This document shows, piece by piece, positions 40,671 through 54,318 of a stretch of 64,000 bases of DNA. Within the stretch, counting starts at the first letter, position 1. Each line of letters begins with the position of its first letter. The notes under the pieces were generated by a model, which was given only the letters and a program-made list of their open reading frames with translations, was not told where the DNA came from and ran no database searches. The position numbers and the translations under genes were made by a program. This DNA comes from Ginglymostoma cirratum (taxonomy: Eukaryota), in NCBI GenBank assembly GCA_024137785.1, contig JAHRHZ010000021.1, positions 27,391,745-27,455,744 of the forward strand, read 5' to 3'.

Positions 40671-42231
40671 GTACAAATATGAATTGCAATAATTTCAGTT
40701 TATTAGAAACATTTGCTCAGGGTATCCATGTAGGACATAAAATACATATCTATAGAAGCATTTCATGGGATCGTTGGAATTTTGAAAACTGAAATTGGCA
40801 ATTTATTTTGAATGATTGACCTTAATTTCGGTCAATTTTATTTTTGAATTAAGTGCACAGAACCATGCCAGAAAAGGAGTATGTAGTTTGGATGCTTTGT
40901 ATATCTAGTTTGAACTATGCTTGATAGCAGGAAAGTCTAATAATTAAAGCAATTAAACCCGTTATTCTTTACTTACTTGATCTACATGTACAAACTCAAT
41001 CTACATATATGAATTGTTTGTACAAATATTTTATTCAGTCAAACTGTTATAAATGCTTCAAACATATGTCTCATTGAGGAGGGGAATGTGTGAGCTTTAG
41101 TAATTTGTGAAGTGAAGGCAGATGGTTTGAATTGATCTGGCATTCTCTGTTTGCTTATATTGTAAGTTGAGAGTGACTTGATTATGATTTTGCATGTGAA
41201 CACATTCCATATAGCCACACAAGTGCAAACTAAAACCTTTTTTAAAAATTATTTTTAATAAACCTGTTTGAACATGGTATGACACACCTCTGGGAGAGGT
41301 GGGACTAGAGAGAGAGATTTTTTTTGTATATTTATATTTTTTTTTGCCACAAGACCATTGCAATGTATTTTCGGAGAATTGACTTTGGAGAGAAAGAGTT
41401 TGGAAGAAATTACAGGAATAAATAGTGATTAGCTTTTTAGATACAAATAAAATATATCCAAACATTCTTTGTCTAAATGGAACCCACCTTTTTTAAAAAA
41501 AATCATTTTCTTATTTTTGTTTTAAATGAGCAAGGTCTATAACTCCATTATGATATATTTTAAGCTGAATGAGTTCAATGGTAACCTTTCATCATGGTTG
41601 TACTTAATCAGTTTGCAGCTCTAATGTTTTTTTGATCTGCATAAGATCTATTTTATGTTGCACTCAATGCAACACCTTCACTGCTACACAGAAAGAGAAA
41701 ACTGCTGAACAGACAAAAATCAGAAAGACAAGGGACAAAAGTGAATAGAAAATAAAGTAAGGGAGCAGAGACATGAGAATGAGGGAGTAGGCAAAAATGG
41801 AAGAGACGCACTGTGTTAGAGATTCAGAAATGGAAGAGAAAAACACAAATGTAGCAAAGGTAAACAGTACGAAAAAGGGAGCAAAAATACGAAGGAATAA
41901 AGATTGAGAGGAGAAGCAGAGAGAGAAAGCTTAAAGAATAGAGAAACATTTCCTGACTCGCCAGTGCAATTAACCAACATGTTTCAAGGGGTTGAGGTTT
42001 TGGTGGCTCCAACCTGAAAATTTTCTAAGCCACGAAACAGACAATTTAATAGAATTATTGACATGAAATTTCAAATTGGTTGACTGCAGGCTTGTGGCTC
42101 TTAAAGGTTTCATTGAGCAGATATAAATATTGTGATATTTGTTGTATATGTGTAACTTTTAGCAATCATCTCTGACCCTTTTGTTTCCCTTGCCTCAATA
42201 TATTCACTGTCAATATGAGACAAGAAAGTTA

Positions 42232-42390
42232 GATCATAAGATCATAATGTATAGGAGCAGAATTAACCTATTCGGCCCATCGAGTCTGCTGTACCAGTCT
42301 ATCGTGGCTGATATGTTTCTCAAACCCATTCTCTGTTTTCTCCCCGTAACCTTTGATCCCTTTTCTAATCAAGAACCAGTCTACCTCTGA
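42232..42390 (-). mobile_element. CR1 3' tail fragment
   Basis: cataagatcataatgtataggagcagaattaacctattcggcccatcgagtctgct. Confidence 0.65.
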
Positions 42391-43559
42391 AAGCTAACTA
42401 CAATGCAGCTTGCTGTGTTGGCACTTAAACGTTGGTATGAATAATCTTGAGTGGTAACTCGGCATGACAGGCAGAGAGACATTGTAATAAGACACACTGA
42501 AAGGAGCTGCCAGAATATGAATGCTATTTATCAGCCCAAATATGATGGCGCACCATACTGATGTACTGGTAATTGTGTACATTAAGTGCTCTGTAGGAAT
42601 GTAACTTTGTTTATTTCTGAGAAGTGGAATTCACTGACAAGTACAAAATCCAAAAATTGGTCTAAGTCAAAATGATGAATAGCTTGCTAAGATAGTGATA
42701 ATAAAGTTTCAGAGAGTAGTCAGTTGAGATTCTAATAACATGCTGAATCACAGAAAGATTGCAAGATTGAACCACTGCACTGTTTGTCAGCTAAACTAGA
42801 TATGATTGACAAAAAAAACTAGAAACCACATGATGAGTTTCTTGTCTATGTACAATGTTATGAATTAGAATGCAAAGCATAAGAGGGCAATGGAAGCAGA
42901 TTCAACAGATCTTTTAAAAGGGAACTAGATAACTACTTTGAGAGAAAAGAATATATGGCTGTGTTCAAAGAGAAAGGTAGTGGGATTAAATAGTTTGCTG
43001 TACCAAAGAAGACAACAATCGCTAAGTAACCATCTTCTGTGCTATTATTATTCCAGGGTTCTGTTAAATCGTGAGCACTGCGCTGTTATCCACACTGTCT
43101 CAAAACTATTTAGTTGGCATTTTGGTAGTATTTACTTTTCCTTGCATATCGCTTCTACAAATGTTATCTATTGCACAGCTATCTTAGGTCATCGTTTACT
43201 GTCAGTATTGTTCTTTTTTCAACGTCCTCATTAGCGGCACCCCCTCTAATTAGAATAAAAACCATGTTAAAAATCATTGATTTTCAAATAAGTCATGACT
43301 ATTGGGTACATACAATATGGTTTGGAGAAATAGAGTGGAGCAACTAACTGTGAGGAAGTAGTAACACATTGGTAAGAGTGAGGGCAACATAGTCTGAATG
43401 TGAAAATATATAAGGGGAATTAAGATTCATAGGTAGGTGAGCTGGACTGGGGAAAAAAAAAACATGGCTTAGGGAAAAAGAAAAAATGCCTTCAAATTAA
43501 CTTGGTTAGAAACTTAGTAAAAAGATAGATGAACAACTGTGGCAAACCACCCTTAAATT

Positions 43560-44200
43560 GGTGGGACACGCAGATAAAGTGTTTAAAAAGGCATATGGGA
43601 CACTTACCTTTATTAACTGAGGCACGGAGCTTAAGAGCAGGGCGACTATGCTAGAAATGTAGAAAAAGTTGGTTTGGCCACAACTAGAGTATTGTGTGCA
43701 GTTCTGGAATTCACATTACAGTAGGGATGTGATTGCACTGGAGAAGGTGCAGGGGAGATTTACCAGAATGTTGCCTGGGCTGGAGAGTCTTAGTTATGAA
43801 GAGAGGTGGATACACTGAAGTTGTTTTCCTTGGAGCAGGGAAGACTGAAGGAGATATATATGATTGAGGTGTACAAAATTATGAGGGGCATAGATAGGGT
43901 AGACCCTCCTAGTGGAGGGATCAAAGTCTGGGGTAATAGATTTAAGGTAAGGAGCAGCAGGTTTAGAGAGGATGTGAGGAAACTTTTTTAAATTGGAGAG
44001 TAGAGGGAATCTGAAATTCGCTGCCTGTGTGGTTGTTAAAGGTAGAAACTTTCATAACGTTTGAGGTATGTAAATTAACACTTGCAATGCCAAGATGTAC
44101 AAGGCTATTAAGGAGTGTTGGAGAATGGGATTAGCATAATTAGGTGGTTGCTTTTGACTGGCACAGTATTTTTCTGTGCTGTGACCTCTCCAACTCTATG
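43560..44200 (+). mobile_element. 5'-truncated CR1/HER1-type LINE
   Basis: QLEYCVQFWNSHYSRDVIALEKVQGRFTRMLPGLE and LFSLEQGRL..IEVYKIMRGIDRVD (CR1 ORF2 C-terminus), followed by a tail. Confidence 0.85.
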
Positions 44201-44782
44201 AATATGCAATAGATAATTTAATAAAATATCTAGCCTTTTCCCAGATAAATAGGTTACAAATAAAGTGAAACTTGAAAAGGAGGCTACTTGTATAACTACA
44301 TGAACAGTATGAAAGAAAATTGTAAGGAATGTACAAAATGAGGTGAAAAGGGGGCTTGGAAGGGCCAAGAAGGAATATAGAATAAATGGTAAGCAATATA
44401 GGGGGAATTAGTAACGGTTTTCATAGATTAAAATTAAATGACAATCTATCCAAAGGAATACTTTTCAAAGATGGAAAACCAGGATAAAGGCATAATAGAG
44501 ATTTCAATTAAGTCTTCTCTGATAATTGTTTAAATAAAAGCATAGTGGAAGTGAAAATCAATGAATAATAGAAGACAACAAAAGATGGATAAAAATAACA
44601 TAGAGGGGAAATTGGTTATGAAAATATTAGATTTCCAGGTGATTTTGTGCTGGGCTGTAATTAAATGAACTATAGGATTTTGAAAGAATTTGGAGAAGCT
44701 AACAGAGACTGTGATTAAATTTTAAGTAATTTTATAAATGCAAATCTATAATTTTTTTGATTAATGGCAAACAGTGCAAAGC

Positions 44783-44900
44783 TTCTGATGAAGGGTCCCG
44801 ACCCAAAATGTCGACTTTTCCATTCCTCTGATGCTGCCTGACCTGCAGTGTTCCTCCAGCTCCACACTGTATTGACTCTGACTCCAACATCTGCAGACTT
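44783..44900 (+). mobile_element. Short PLE-derived element (subfamily of the 51-54 kb PLE) with hammerhead-like core
   Basis: tt-CTGATGA-a-gggtc-cc-gaccc-AAAA-tgtc-gac...cctctgatgctgcctgacctgcagtgttcctccagctccacact...tctgactccaacatctgcag. Confidence 0.82.
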
Positions 44901-45307
44901 AGACATCCTTTATAATGCATACCACAAAATTATATTAGTGTGTATTTGGGTATGTGTCAGATGTTGAAGAATAACTAGAGACTTTTAATGGTTTTGCAAA
45001 GTTTGGCAAATGTAATCATGTTTGTTTTGGAAGGCAATTATGTAACGTGTATAAATTTTCAGAAGATTTTTGCTAAACAGGAGACTTGCGACAAAGTCCG
45101 GAGTTTGGTGTTAGAGGAAATGTCACACAGTGGATCGAAGGTTGATTGGTGTTAATTGGTATTGCTTAAATTGAAATAGAGTTGGAAATGGAGTACCAGA
45201 GGTAAATATTGAATGTGCTAGATTTTTTTCTTATTCACATACGTGTACATTATCTTTGTAATTTTTATTTGAATATGGTCAGTACAGTGTTAAAATTTGC
45301 TACTTCA

Positions 45308-45920
45308 TTTATTAATTCATGGGATGTGTAAATTATTTGCCAGACCAACATTTGGTACCATTCCTGTTTGCCTTGAACCGTTGCAGTCCAAATGCTATAG
45401 GTACGTCTGAAGTGCTTCTAGGAAGGAAATTGTAGAATTTTGACCCATTGATAGTGAAGGAACAGCTCCCTATATAGTTTCAATTCAGGATGGAATGTAG
45501 CTTGGCAAAGAACTTGCAGGTGATGCTGTTCCTATGGCATCCGTTACCCTTTTGATAGAAGGATTGGTTTGGAATGCAATATCTGAGGGGCCTTGATGAG
45601 TTGGTGCAGTGCATCTTGTGGATGGCACACATTGGTGCCACTGTGCTTTGCCGGTGGAAGGACTGTATGTTTAAAGTAGTGAATGAGATGCTAATCGAGA
45701 AGATTACTTCATTCTGTTGATGCAAAGTTCCTTGAGAGGTAGTAGATTTTCAGTCATCCAGGAAAGTGAAGAGTATTCCATGACACTCCTGATTTTTGCT
45801 TTGTAGATGGCAGGCTGGCTTTGGAGAGGCTGGAGGTGAGCTCTTCACCACAGAATACCCATCGACATTGTCTCATGTACTCTTCTAGTCACCATACTTA
45901 GATGGCTGGTCAATGGTAAC
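45308..45920 (-). mobile_element. 3' part of a LINE, same family as 60220-62110
   Basis: Colinear with 60220-60940 (ttcatgggatgt...cttgaaccgttgcagtcca...gtgaaggaacagc...tattccatgacactcctga). Confidence 0.75.
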
Positions 45921-45944
45921 ACCCCCACCCTGAAAGTGATGAAG

Positions 45945-46970
45945 AAACTGAGCAGGTTTGGCAGCCTCTGTAAAGAGAAAAACAGAGTTCATGTTTTGAG
46001 ATCAGCGACCCTTAGTCAGAAATGAAAGCAGCTGGGAAAGGATTGTACTTATGCTGATGATGGGGTTTGGGTTGGGGATTTACTGATTAGTCGTGGTAAG
46101 GAGTGAATAGAATACATTGAGATAGTATGAGAAATAAAAAATGGAGAGACAATGAAGAGATTGCTGATAAATTGAGAGGGAGATAAATGCTAAGTAGGGT
46201 GCTATTGAGAAGTGTGAATGTTTGAAAAAGGGTTTGCTGGAAAATACCCATTCAAAACAGGTGTTGGGGGGGTGGGGGGAAGACAAAAAACACGTTCACA
46301 TTGTGAAATTGTTAAACTCAATGCTGAGTCCTGAAGGCTGTAAGGTACTTAGTCTGAAAATGGAGTGTTGTTCCTCCATCTTCCAGTGAGATTTGCTCGA
46401 GCACTGCAGCAAGCCTGAGAGAGAAATGTTAGCATGGGAACATAGTTACATGTTGAAGTGGCAGGCAACTGGAAGCTCAGGTCATTTTTTGCTGACAGAG
46501 CATGAGGCTCTGCAAAGCAATCTTTCAGACTGTGTTTCGTCTCCCTCCGCAACCGCAACCCCCCCCCCCCCCCCAACTTTGTGTAGAAGAGACCACATTT
46601 TTAGCAGGGAGTACTGTAAACTAGATTGAGGAAGTGCAGATTCCCCTGGTCCTCGTGTATGCCCCACCAGCCTCCAAAGGCTCATAAGCCACCATTTTTA
46701 CCATCTCCAGCAAGATGCCTCTACCTGATGCACATTCCCCCTCCTCTCCCCTGTCAGCATTCTGCAGGGACCATTCCATCTGAGACCTCCTGGTTCACAC
46801 CTCCTCTACTCCCAGTCCCCTCTCTCACCATCACAGCATCTTCCCATGCAATCACAAAAGGTGCAACACCTGCCTATTTACCTCACCTCCTCCACACTAA
46901 ACCAAGCCCCAGACACACCTTCCAGGTGAAACAGCAGTGTACCTCCATTCAATCTAGTTTACTGCATGTT
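45945..46970 (-). mobile_element. Decayed PLE 3' end with 5' inversion (minus 45945-46640, plus 46640-46970)
   Basis: The minus part has the terminal repeat, a hammerhead remnant and GIY-YIG remnants (LPATS, CSARA..WRNNTPFS). The plus part is colinear with 53308-53640. The two parts overlap at caatctagttta. Confidence 0.75.
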
Positions 46971-49900
46971 TTGATTCAAAAGTTTGTTCAGTTTAGTTGA
47001 TACATAGGCTTAATATAGACAAACACATGGTTTATGATAGGTTTCAAACGGATTAATTCAGTGAATATTTTCATCCTGCATGAGTCACTTAGATCTCCTG
47101 TGCCCTTGATTAGACACTTAGAAAATGATCTTCACTTGTTGCCATACAAAATTTTGACAGCTTTGATGCAGTGCTTGTCACGGAAGCTTGCTTTAAAAAG
47201 GGCAGCTTCATACATAGGTTATTATGATTTAGAATCCTAAGGCTGTCAGGGAGTGTAATGAATGTTTCAGTACTCTGCTACAGTGCTGGCTAAAATGTCT
47301 TATGAAACTGGAATATCCCATCTTAAGGAAAGAGAGAGATGGGAAGGGCTAATCATCTAAGTTTTTTACAAGTGCATTTCGTGTCATTTGATGATTGAGC
47401 ATTGGCATTGGTTGCCTGAACAATCCCTTGTCTAAGAGAATAGGCAAGCAAATCGTTGTGCTTTACTGGTGGGGTATGGACAATAGCATCTGGTGTTTGA
47501 TAATGCTTTATAACTTTTCATGATATAATTGAAATATGAAAATATTAAGAAAAAGAGTGTGACTTCTTGCAGTTTTAAGAAGAAGGCCATCTGATTGTTC
47601 AGCTATTGAACATTTTGGGTACTATACACACACCGAAACGTATTTCAAATGGCTTCTGGTTAACAGCAGCCGCATGATTGATGTTTTGCCAGGAAAACAG
47701 TGTGCATGTTGTCTTTTATATTTAGGTTGCCATTATAATCTGATCTGAAGGGTTTGTCACAACAAAGCCAAAAATGTTTACATTTTTGAGTTGTATGTTA
47801 ATGGCAATTAGATTGAAAGTGGAAAAGATGTACGTCGTGATTTCTACTTGTGTAGTAGAACTCAACTGATATCTGGAAAATGAATTTTTTTAAAACATTT
47901 GTCCACAGGATGAAGAATGCTGCACTGTGCCCATAATGTAGCTTGGCTAGTAGGAGATTTTTAGGTTTGCTATTATATTGACTTGTGTGATGAAGAAGTA
48001 TTTCAGAGTAATTTTGGAAGTAAATTGAAGAGCAGATTTAATACCAAAATGACAAATTAAGTAGTCCCACAAGTTTGAGGGTGCAGGGAAAAGGAATGAT
48101 TATACAATGCCATATTTGGAACGGAGATGAAAGAAAGAACATCTGGATTAGTACTGCCTACATGAATATTGATTTCAAATGGAGTCAAGAACATTTATCA
48201 CCGAGAAAGTTGATTGAAGCTAGCGTTGAGAGATTTCCTATTGAATAGCGAGCTGTTGCTAGAGTTACAAAAAAAGTTGTTGATTTTTTTTTAATGTTCA
48301 TATATCCTGGAAAGTTGATATTAATTTAACAAGAGGCCATGTTACTATGAATAAAGCAAGGCATTGGGTTGTTGTGCTTCAAGTTTATTGTGCCATTTTG
48401 CCAAATAGGAACCCAAAGCAGCTGTTAAGCTATGACTTTGGCAAAGAGATTTTAATCACTAACCTTCAAGTAGGCTTGTGTATGACAAAAATGCTGCAAC
48501 GACTATGCTTATAGCTCTCATTATGACTTGTTTAGCTTCTCTTCTGTCATTATCACTTGTTCAGCTTTACTTCTGCCCTGGTCTGCGATCAATAATCCTC
48601 TCATCTGCCTATCCCAGTCACGTCTCTCTGTTTGTCTCTGTGCTCTCTCTTCACTTATTTGCTCACTTCTAACCCTAGCCCATAACCTTGTCTTCTCCCT
48701 AATTAATCAATTTGGTTAATTCCGTATGAGTTGTAAGTCACCTTGAAAAGCACTTTTCTATTTCAATAATTAGGGTTTTGGGGAATTACTCCGGTGCCAT
48801 TTTTCCTCATTTCTGTCTTTGTACACTGAACTACGATTTTAGCCAGTTAGGAAGAAACTTCCCCCTTGCTTTTAAACACAACAGGCTTGTATTTGCTGTG
48901 AGTGGTAGTACTTATTACAATTGGACTTACTATTTGTGGGTGATTTGAACAGGAATTTTCTATAAATTCAAAATCCAAAAAGTGCATATTATCTACTGCG
49001 TATCTGAGACCTATGTGAATTGGCCAAGCAACTGTGTATCTTCTCAGCCATTTAGCATGAAGAATCTTTGATAAGTAGCACAGTTTGAATGAGAAAATGT
49101 AAGCTAAAGTACTGACGTCATTGTCAAATTGTGTACAGAAAACATGATTGACAGGCAAAAAAAATTGGATTCAGAGAGAGAAAAAGGAATCGGAAGGAAA
49201 AGGAAAAAGATTTAAAAAGTTTAACATTTTCAATTCTGCTCTGAAGGGAGACCATTAATTTTCAAAATAAATTGGATTAGGTACAATAAAGACACTGCAA
49301 GATTTAGCAGTTTAAACAAATACGTTACTGTACAAGAGTTGAATAAAACAGGTTTAATGAATTATCATTGTATCTCATGAATAAATACTCTGAACCCAAA
49401 ATTCTCCTTGAGCCAAATCAAAGGGTGTCACAGCTTTCAGGAATTCACTTTGACTCTAATCTGTATTCTCACGATTGTATAAATTATGACATTTCTTGGG
49501 ATCCTTTCACTAACATTCAGCTAAAAGATCCTTGAACTTTTCTTAAACACTCCATAACTGGGCTTCATGCCCAGCTCAAACATGGGCCTCACTGCAGACT
49601 CGTTTCAGAAATACCCCTTGTTTTTGATATCACTCCTCAGTCATGCATCCTTTACAGCATCTAACAGATTCGCTGGCTCTAAATTGCACAGTTCAAAGCT
49701 GACTATGAGTTTTGAGTGTGAATATTCACAGATAAACCTAAAACCAGTAGGTACTTCCCTGCATATCGTACTTCGATAGCAATGGAATGTTCCAGAAATT
49801 GATCCAAATCAATTAATTTTACTCCTTTGACTCTGGGACTCATGTGAATAAGTTAAATCCTTTATGGAGGCAGCTGTAGCTATTTCGTCTTCACCAAGTC

Positions 49901-51085
49901 ACTCAAAGGAGCTGACCTTTTGTTTAGTGTTTTCGCATTTCTGCTGCTGACCTCATTAACTTAAAAAAAACTTTTGAATGACAATTATCTTCTGTCTGTC
50001 TGCCATCTTCTCTTATATATCTTAAATTTAAATATTTCTGCCACGTAAAAATAAATATGCCACTAAAATGTACAAACCATGAAATTAGAAAATTTTGGTG
50101 CATAATCTCCAAAACTAATTTAAATTTGGAAGAATGAGATTCCTTTATAAAGTTTTATTTTCAGAGAGAATGGACAACAGCCATAATAACAACAATTTAT
50201 ATCTAAATAATACCTTTAACAAAGTGAAATATCCTAAACCATATCACAAGAGAATTATCATACAAAATGTGACTCTGATGCACAATGGACCTGTTAATAA
50301 GACTTGCCATGAAGTAGAAAAAGTACTTAAACACTGAAGTGGACAAGCCCTTGGTTTGATGTGTTTAGTCCAAATACATCTTGAATGTTCAGCAACTTGG
50401 CACTCGTCAATGCATCTGGTTGGTGAGTCCGATGATGATATTATCGTCGTGCTTTTTTTTTGGAGGAACGGGGCATCGTGGACAGTAACGTCTGGATTTC
50501 CATGTTTAACTGCTGCCCAATTTCCAGAAAAATAACATTGTTGTTTCTATTAAAAGTAAGGTCCAACAAGATTGTTGCCTTTTCCATTATTTGGAACTGA
50601 CAAAGTAGAATTTGTTCGGTGACAGTTGGTTCCAATAACAGGTTTTCTAATGATCAAAACTTGGTAATGTCATGTTTGTTGAGTAGTCTGTGTCAACTTG
50701 GTTCTATCAGAAGGGTTTCTCATTGGGATGCCAGTCACACGCTTTCCAACTTCCTTCATCAAGTGATTGATTGTGTTTTCTTCTCGAGAGCTGCCAGATT
50801 CTAATGTGACAAGTTTATTTGTTCTGCCTTGGATGTAGGCTTTGGTTTCAAACTCTTTGAGCTACTGCTCGGTATGATTTATATCCTCGCTTGTCATGTC
50901 AATTACCAGGTCACCATCAAAGTGAGTGGAGATGAAGTAACTGAACTAGACTTAATCTTTACACACAGAATCAACAACTTTTTTTTTAATAAAAAAAAAC
51001 CTCAATTTTGCCAATGTGCTGTAATGCTATCTATTCCAAACTTTTTTTTTAGTTTTACAAAGCAGGATACAATGAATTTGACTCA

Positions 51086-54000
51086 GAGATAGTAGGAACT
51101 GCAGATGCTGGAGAATCTGAGATAACTGATAATCTGATTCTCCCTGCGATTCCTGAAACACACACACGCAGCAATGCGCAGCCATCTCCTTGCACTACAA
51201 TCAAGCCTACCCCAGCTCAGAGCCTCCCTCTCCCAGATCTGCAAAGGACTTCTCCTGTTTTTTATTCTTCATAGGATCCACAACCTGAACTCTCAATTCT
51301 ACTCAGCTTTATTGGACACTAAAAACCGTAAGTACAGTAAACTTACTGGTGCCTACCACCCAAAACTGGCTTCCTCCACCTCCCAAATCCCCAACCCTAC
51401 CCAGGACCTTCCCCACAATGTGCCCCCCCGCCGTTGGCCATGTGGCCACTGTCGGAGAACCCATGGATGACATCACATCCTCCGCCACCGGGTACACCAC
51501 TTCCGGGACAGCGAACGCCATCGACACCGTTGCTGATGCCACCGCCTCCATTTCCGAGGTCAACACACAGACACTGAAGACACACCTACCATCACCGCTG
51601 CTGCCGCCGCCTACCCCACTCTGCCCACCACCAACGCCAAGTCTGCCTACTGCCAACGCTGACGCAACTCCGCCCACAGCCGACGCCAACTGCCTCCACA
51701 GCCAGCAGCTCCAGAGGAGACAGTAGCATCCAGCCCTGCTGAGTCTTCACTATCCCCCCAGACCTCCCCCTTACTGAGGGCAAACAGTCAGCCCTCAGTA
51801 AAGGGCTCGCCTTTGTCCCCCTCCATCCACACATCAATGAATACCGGTCATGCTTGGACGTTGAACAGCTTTTCCGCTGCCGCCGCCTCTGCCTCTGCGC
51901 TCGCTTCTTCAACCGTGAGCCTAACCCTCCCTCTACTGACCCTTTCTCCAGCCTCCGACGCACCTGTCCTCCTGGACACCACCCCAAGGCCTCCTACCCT
52001 CCCTCGACCTCTTCATCTGCAACTGCCGTTGAGACATCAATCGCCTCAACCTCTCCACCCCTCTCACCCACTCCAGCCTCTCCCCCGCAGAACGTGAAGC
52101 CCTCCATTCCAATCCCAACCTCACCATAATCTCCGCGGACAAGGGAGGCACAGTTGTAGTATGGCGCACTGACCTCTACATCGCCGAGGCCAGGCGCCAA
52201 CTCTCCGACACCACCACCTACCGCCCCCTTGATCATGACCCCACCCCCGACCACCAAACCATCATCTCCCAAACCATCCACAACCTCATCACCTCAGGTG
52301 ACCTCCCACCCACAGCCTCCAACCTCATCGTTCTCCAACCCCGCACCACCCGCTTCTATCTCCTTCCCAAAATCCACAAACCTGACTGCCCTGGTCGACC
52401 CATTGTCTCCGCCTGCTCCTGCCCCACCGAACTTATCTCCACCTATCTCAACTCCATTTTCTCCCCCTTGGTCCAGGAACTCCCTACCTAAATCTGACAC
52501 CACCCATGACCTCCACCACCTCCAGAACTTCCAATTCCCCAGTCCCAACACCTCATCTTTACCATGGACGTCCAGTCCTTATACACCTGCATTCCCCATA
52601 CAGAAGGCCTAAAGGCCCTCCGCTTCTAGCCTGTCCCGCAGGCCCGACCAGTCCCCCTCCACTGACCCCCTCATCCGCTTAGCCGAACTCGTCCTCACCC
52701 TCAACAACTTCTCTTTTAATTCCTCCCACTTCCTACAGACAAAGGGGGTGGTCATGGGTACCCGCATGGGCCCAAGCCAGGCCTGCCGCTTTGTAGGTTA
52801 CGTGGAACAATCCCTCTTCCGTAGCTACACTGGCCCTAACCCCCAGCTCTTCCTCCGTTACGTTGATGACTGTATTGGCGCCGCCTCGTGCTTCCACGAG
52901 GAGCTCGAACAGTTCATCTACTTCATCAACACCTTCCACCCCAACCTTAATTTCACCTGGACCATCTCTAATACCTCTCTCTCCTTCTTGGACCTCTCTG
53001 TTTCCATCTCTGTCAACCACCTAGAAACCGATATCCATTTCAAGCCTACCAACTCCCACAGCTACCTAGAATACGCCTCCTCCCACCCATCTTTCTGCAA
53101 AAATGCCATCCCCTATTCCCAATTCCTTCGCCTCCACTACATCTGCTCCCAGGATGAGGCATTCCACTCCCGTACATCTCAGATGTCCTCGTTTTTCAAG
53201 GACCGCAACTTCCCCCCCTCAGTGGTCGAGAACGCCCTCGACCGTGTCTCCTGCATTTCCCGCAACTCATCCATCACGCCTTCTCCCGGCAATACCAACC
53301 AAAACAGAATCCCCCTTGTCCTCACGTACCACCTCATCAACCTCCGGATCCAATGCATCATCCTCCGACACTTCTGCCATCTGCAATCCGACCCCACCAC
53401 AAAAAGACATTTTTCCTTCCCCACCTTTATCTGCTTTCCGGAGGGACCACTCTCTCCGTGACTCCCTTGTCCACTCCACACTCCCCTCCAGCCCCACTAC
53501 ACCCGGCACTTTTCTCTGCAACCGCAGGAAGTGCTACACCTGCCCCTACACCTCCCCCTCACCCCCATCCCAGGCCCCAAGAAGACTTTCCACATCAAGC
53601 AGATGTTCACCTGGACATCTGCTAATGTGGTATACTGCATCCGCTGTTCCCGTTGTGGCCTCCTCTACATCGGGGAAACCAAGCGGAGGCTTGGGGACTG
53701 CTTTGCGGAACACCTACGCTCGGTTCGCACTGAACAACAGCACCTCCCAGTCACGAACCATTTCAACTCCCACTCCCATTCCTCAGACAACATGTCCATC
53801 CTGGGCGTCCTGCAGTGCCACAACGCTGCCACCCGAAGGTTGCAGGAACAGCAACTCATATTCCACTTGGGAACCCTGCAGCCCAATGGTATCATTGTGG
53901 ACTTCACAAGCTTCTAAATTTCCCTTCCCACTACGGCATCCCAAAACCAGCCCAGTTTGTCCCCACCTCCATAACCTGTCCTTCTTCCCATCTCAAGCCC

Positions 54001-54318
54001 CACCCCCATCTCCTACCTACTAACCTCATCCCGCCCCCTTGACCTGTCCGTCCTCCCTGGACTGACCTACCTCCCCCCTAACTCTCCACCTACACTCACC
54101 TTTACTGGCTCCATCCCCACCTCTTTGACCTGTCTGTCTCCTCTCCACCTATCTTCTCCTCTATCCATCTTCTATTCACCTCCCCCTCTCTCTCTCTTTA
54201 TTTCAGAACCCCCTTCCCCTCCCCCATTTCTGGTGAAGGGTCTAGGCCCGAAACGTCAGCCTTCCTGCTCCTCTGATGCTGCTTGGCCTGCTGTGTTCAT
54301 CCAGCTCTACACCTTGTT
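51086..54318 (+). mobile_element. Penelope-like retroelement (Neptune-type): RT + Cys linker + GIY-YIG endonuclease, frameshifted, 5'-truncated
   Basis: Motifs LSKGLAFVP, ADKGGTVVV, FYLLPKIHKPDCPGRPIVS, FTMDVQSLYTCIP, QTKGVVMGTRMGP, LRYVDDC, CNRRKCYTC, NVVYCIRCSRCGLLYIGETKRRL..FAEH, split over several frames. Pyrimidine-rich 3' UTR and terminal repeat follow. Confidence 0.95.
54226..54262 (+). ncRNA. Minimal type I hammerhead ribozyme motif in the PLE terminal repeat (A6>G variant)
   Basis: CTGGTGA(54230-54236)-a-gggt-ctag-gccc-GAAA(54250-54253)-cGTC. Palindromic ACGT in place of stem III, as described for PLE hammerheads. Confidence 0.7.

Noticed and set aside
51309-52612. Many overlapping Pro/Gly/Thr-rich ORFs on both strands
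   Set aside because: Alternative or antisense frames of the C-rich PLE coding region.
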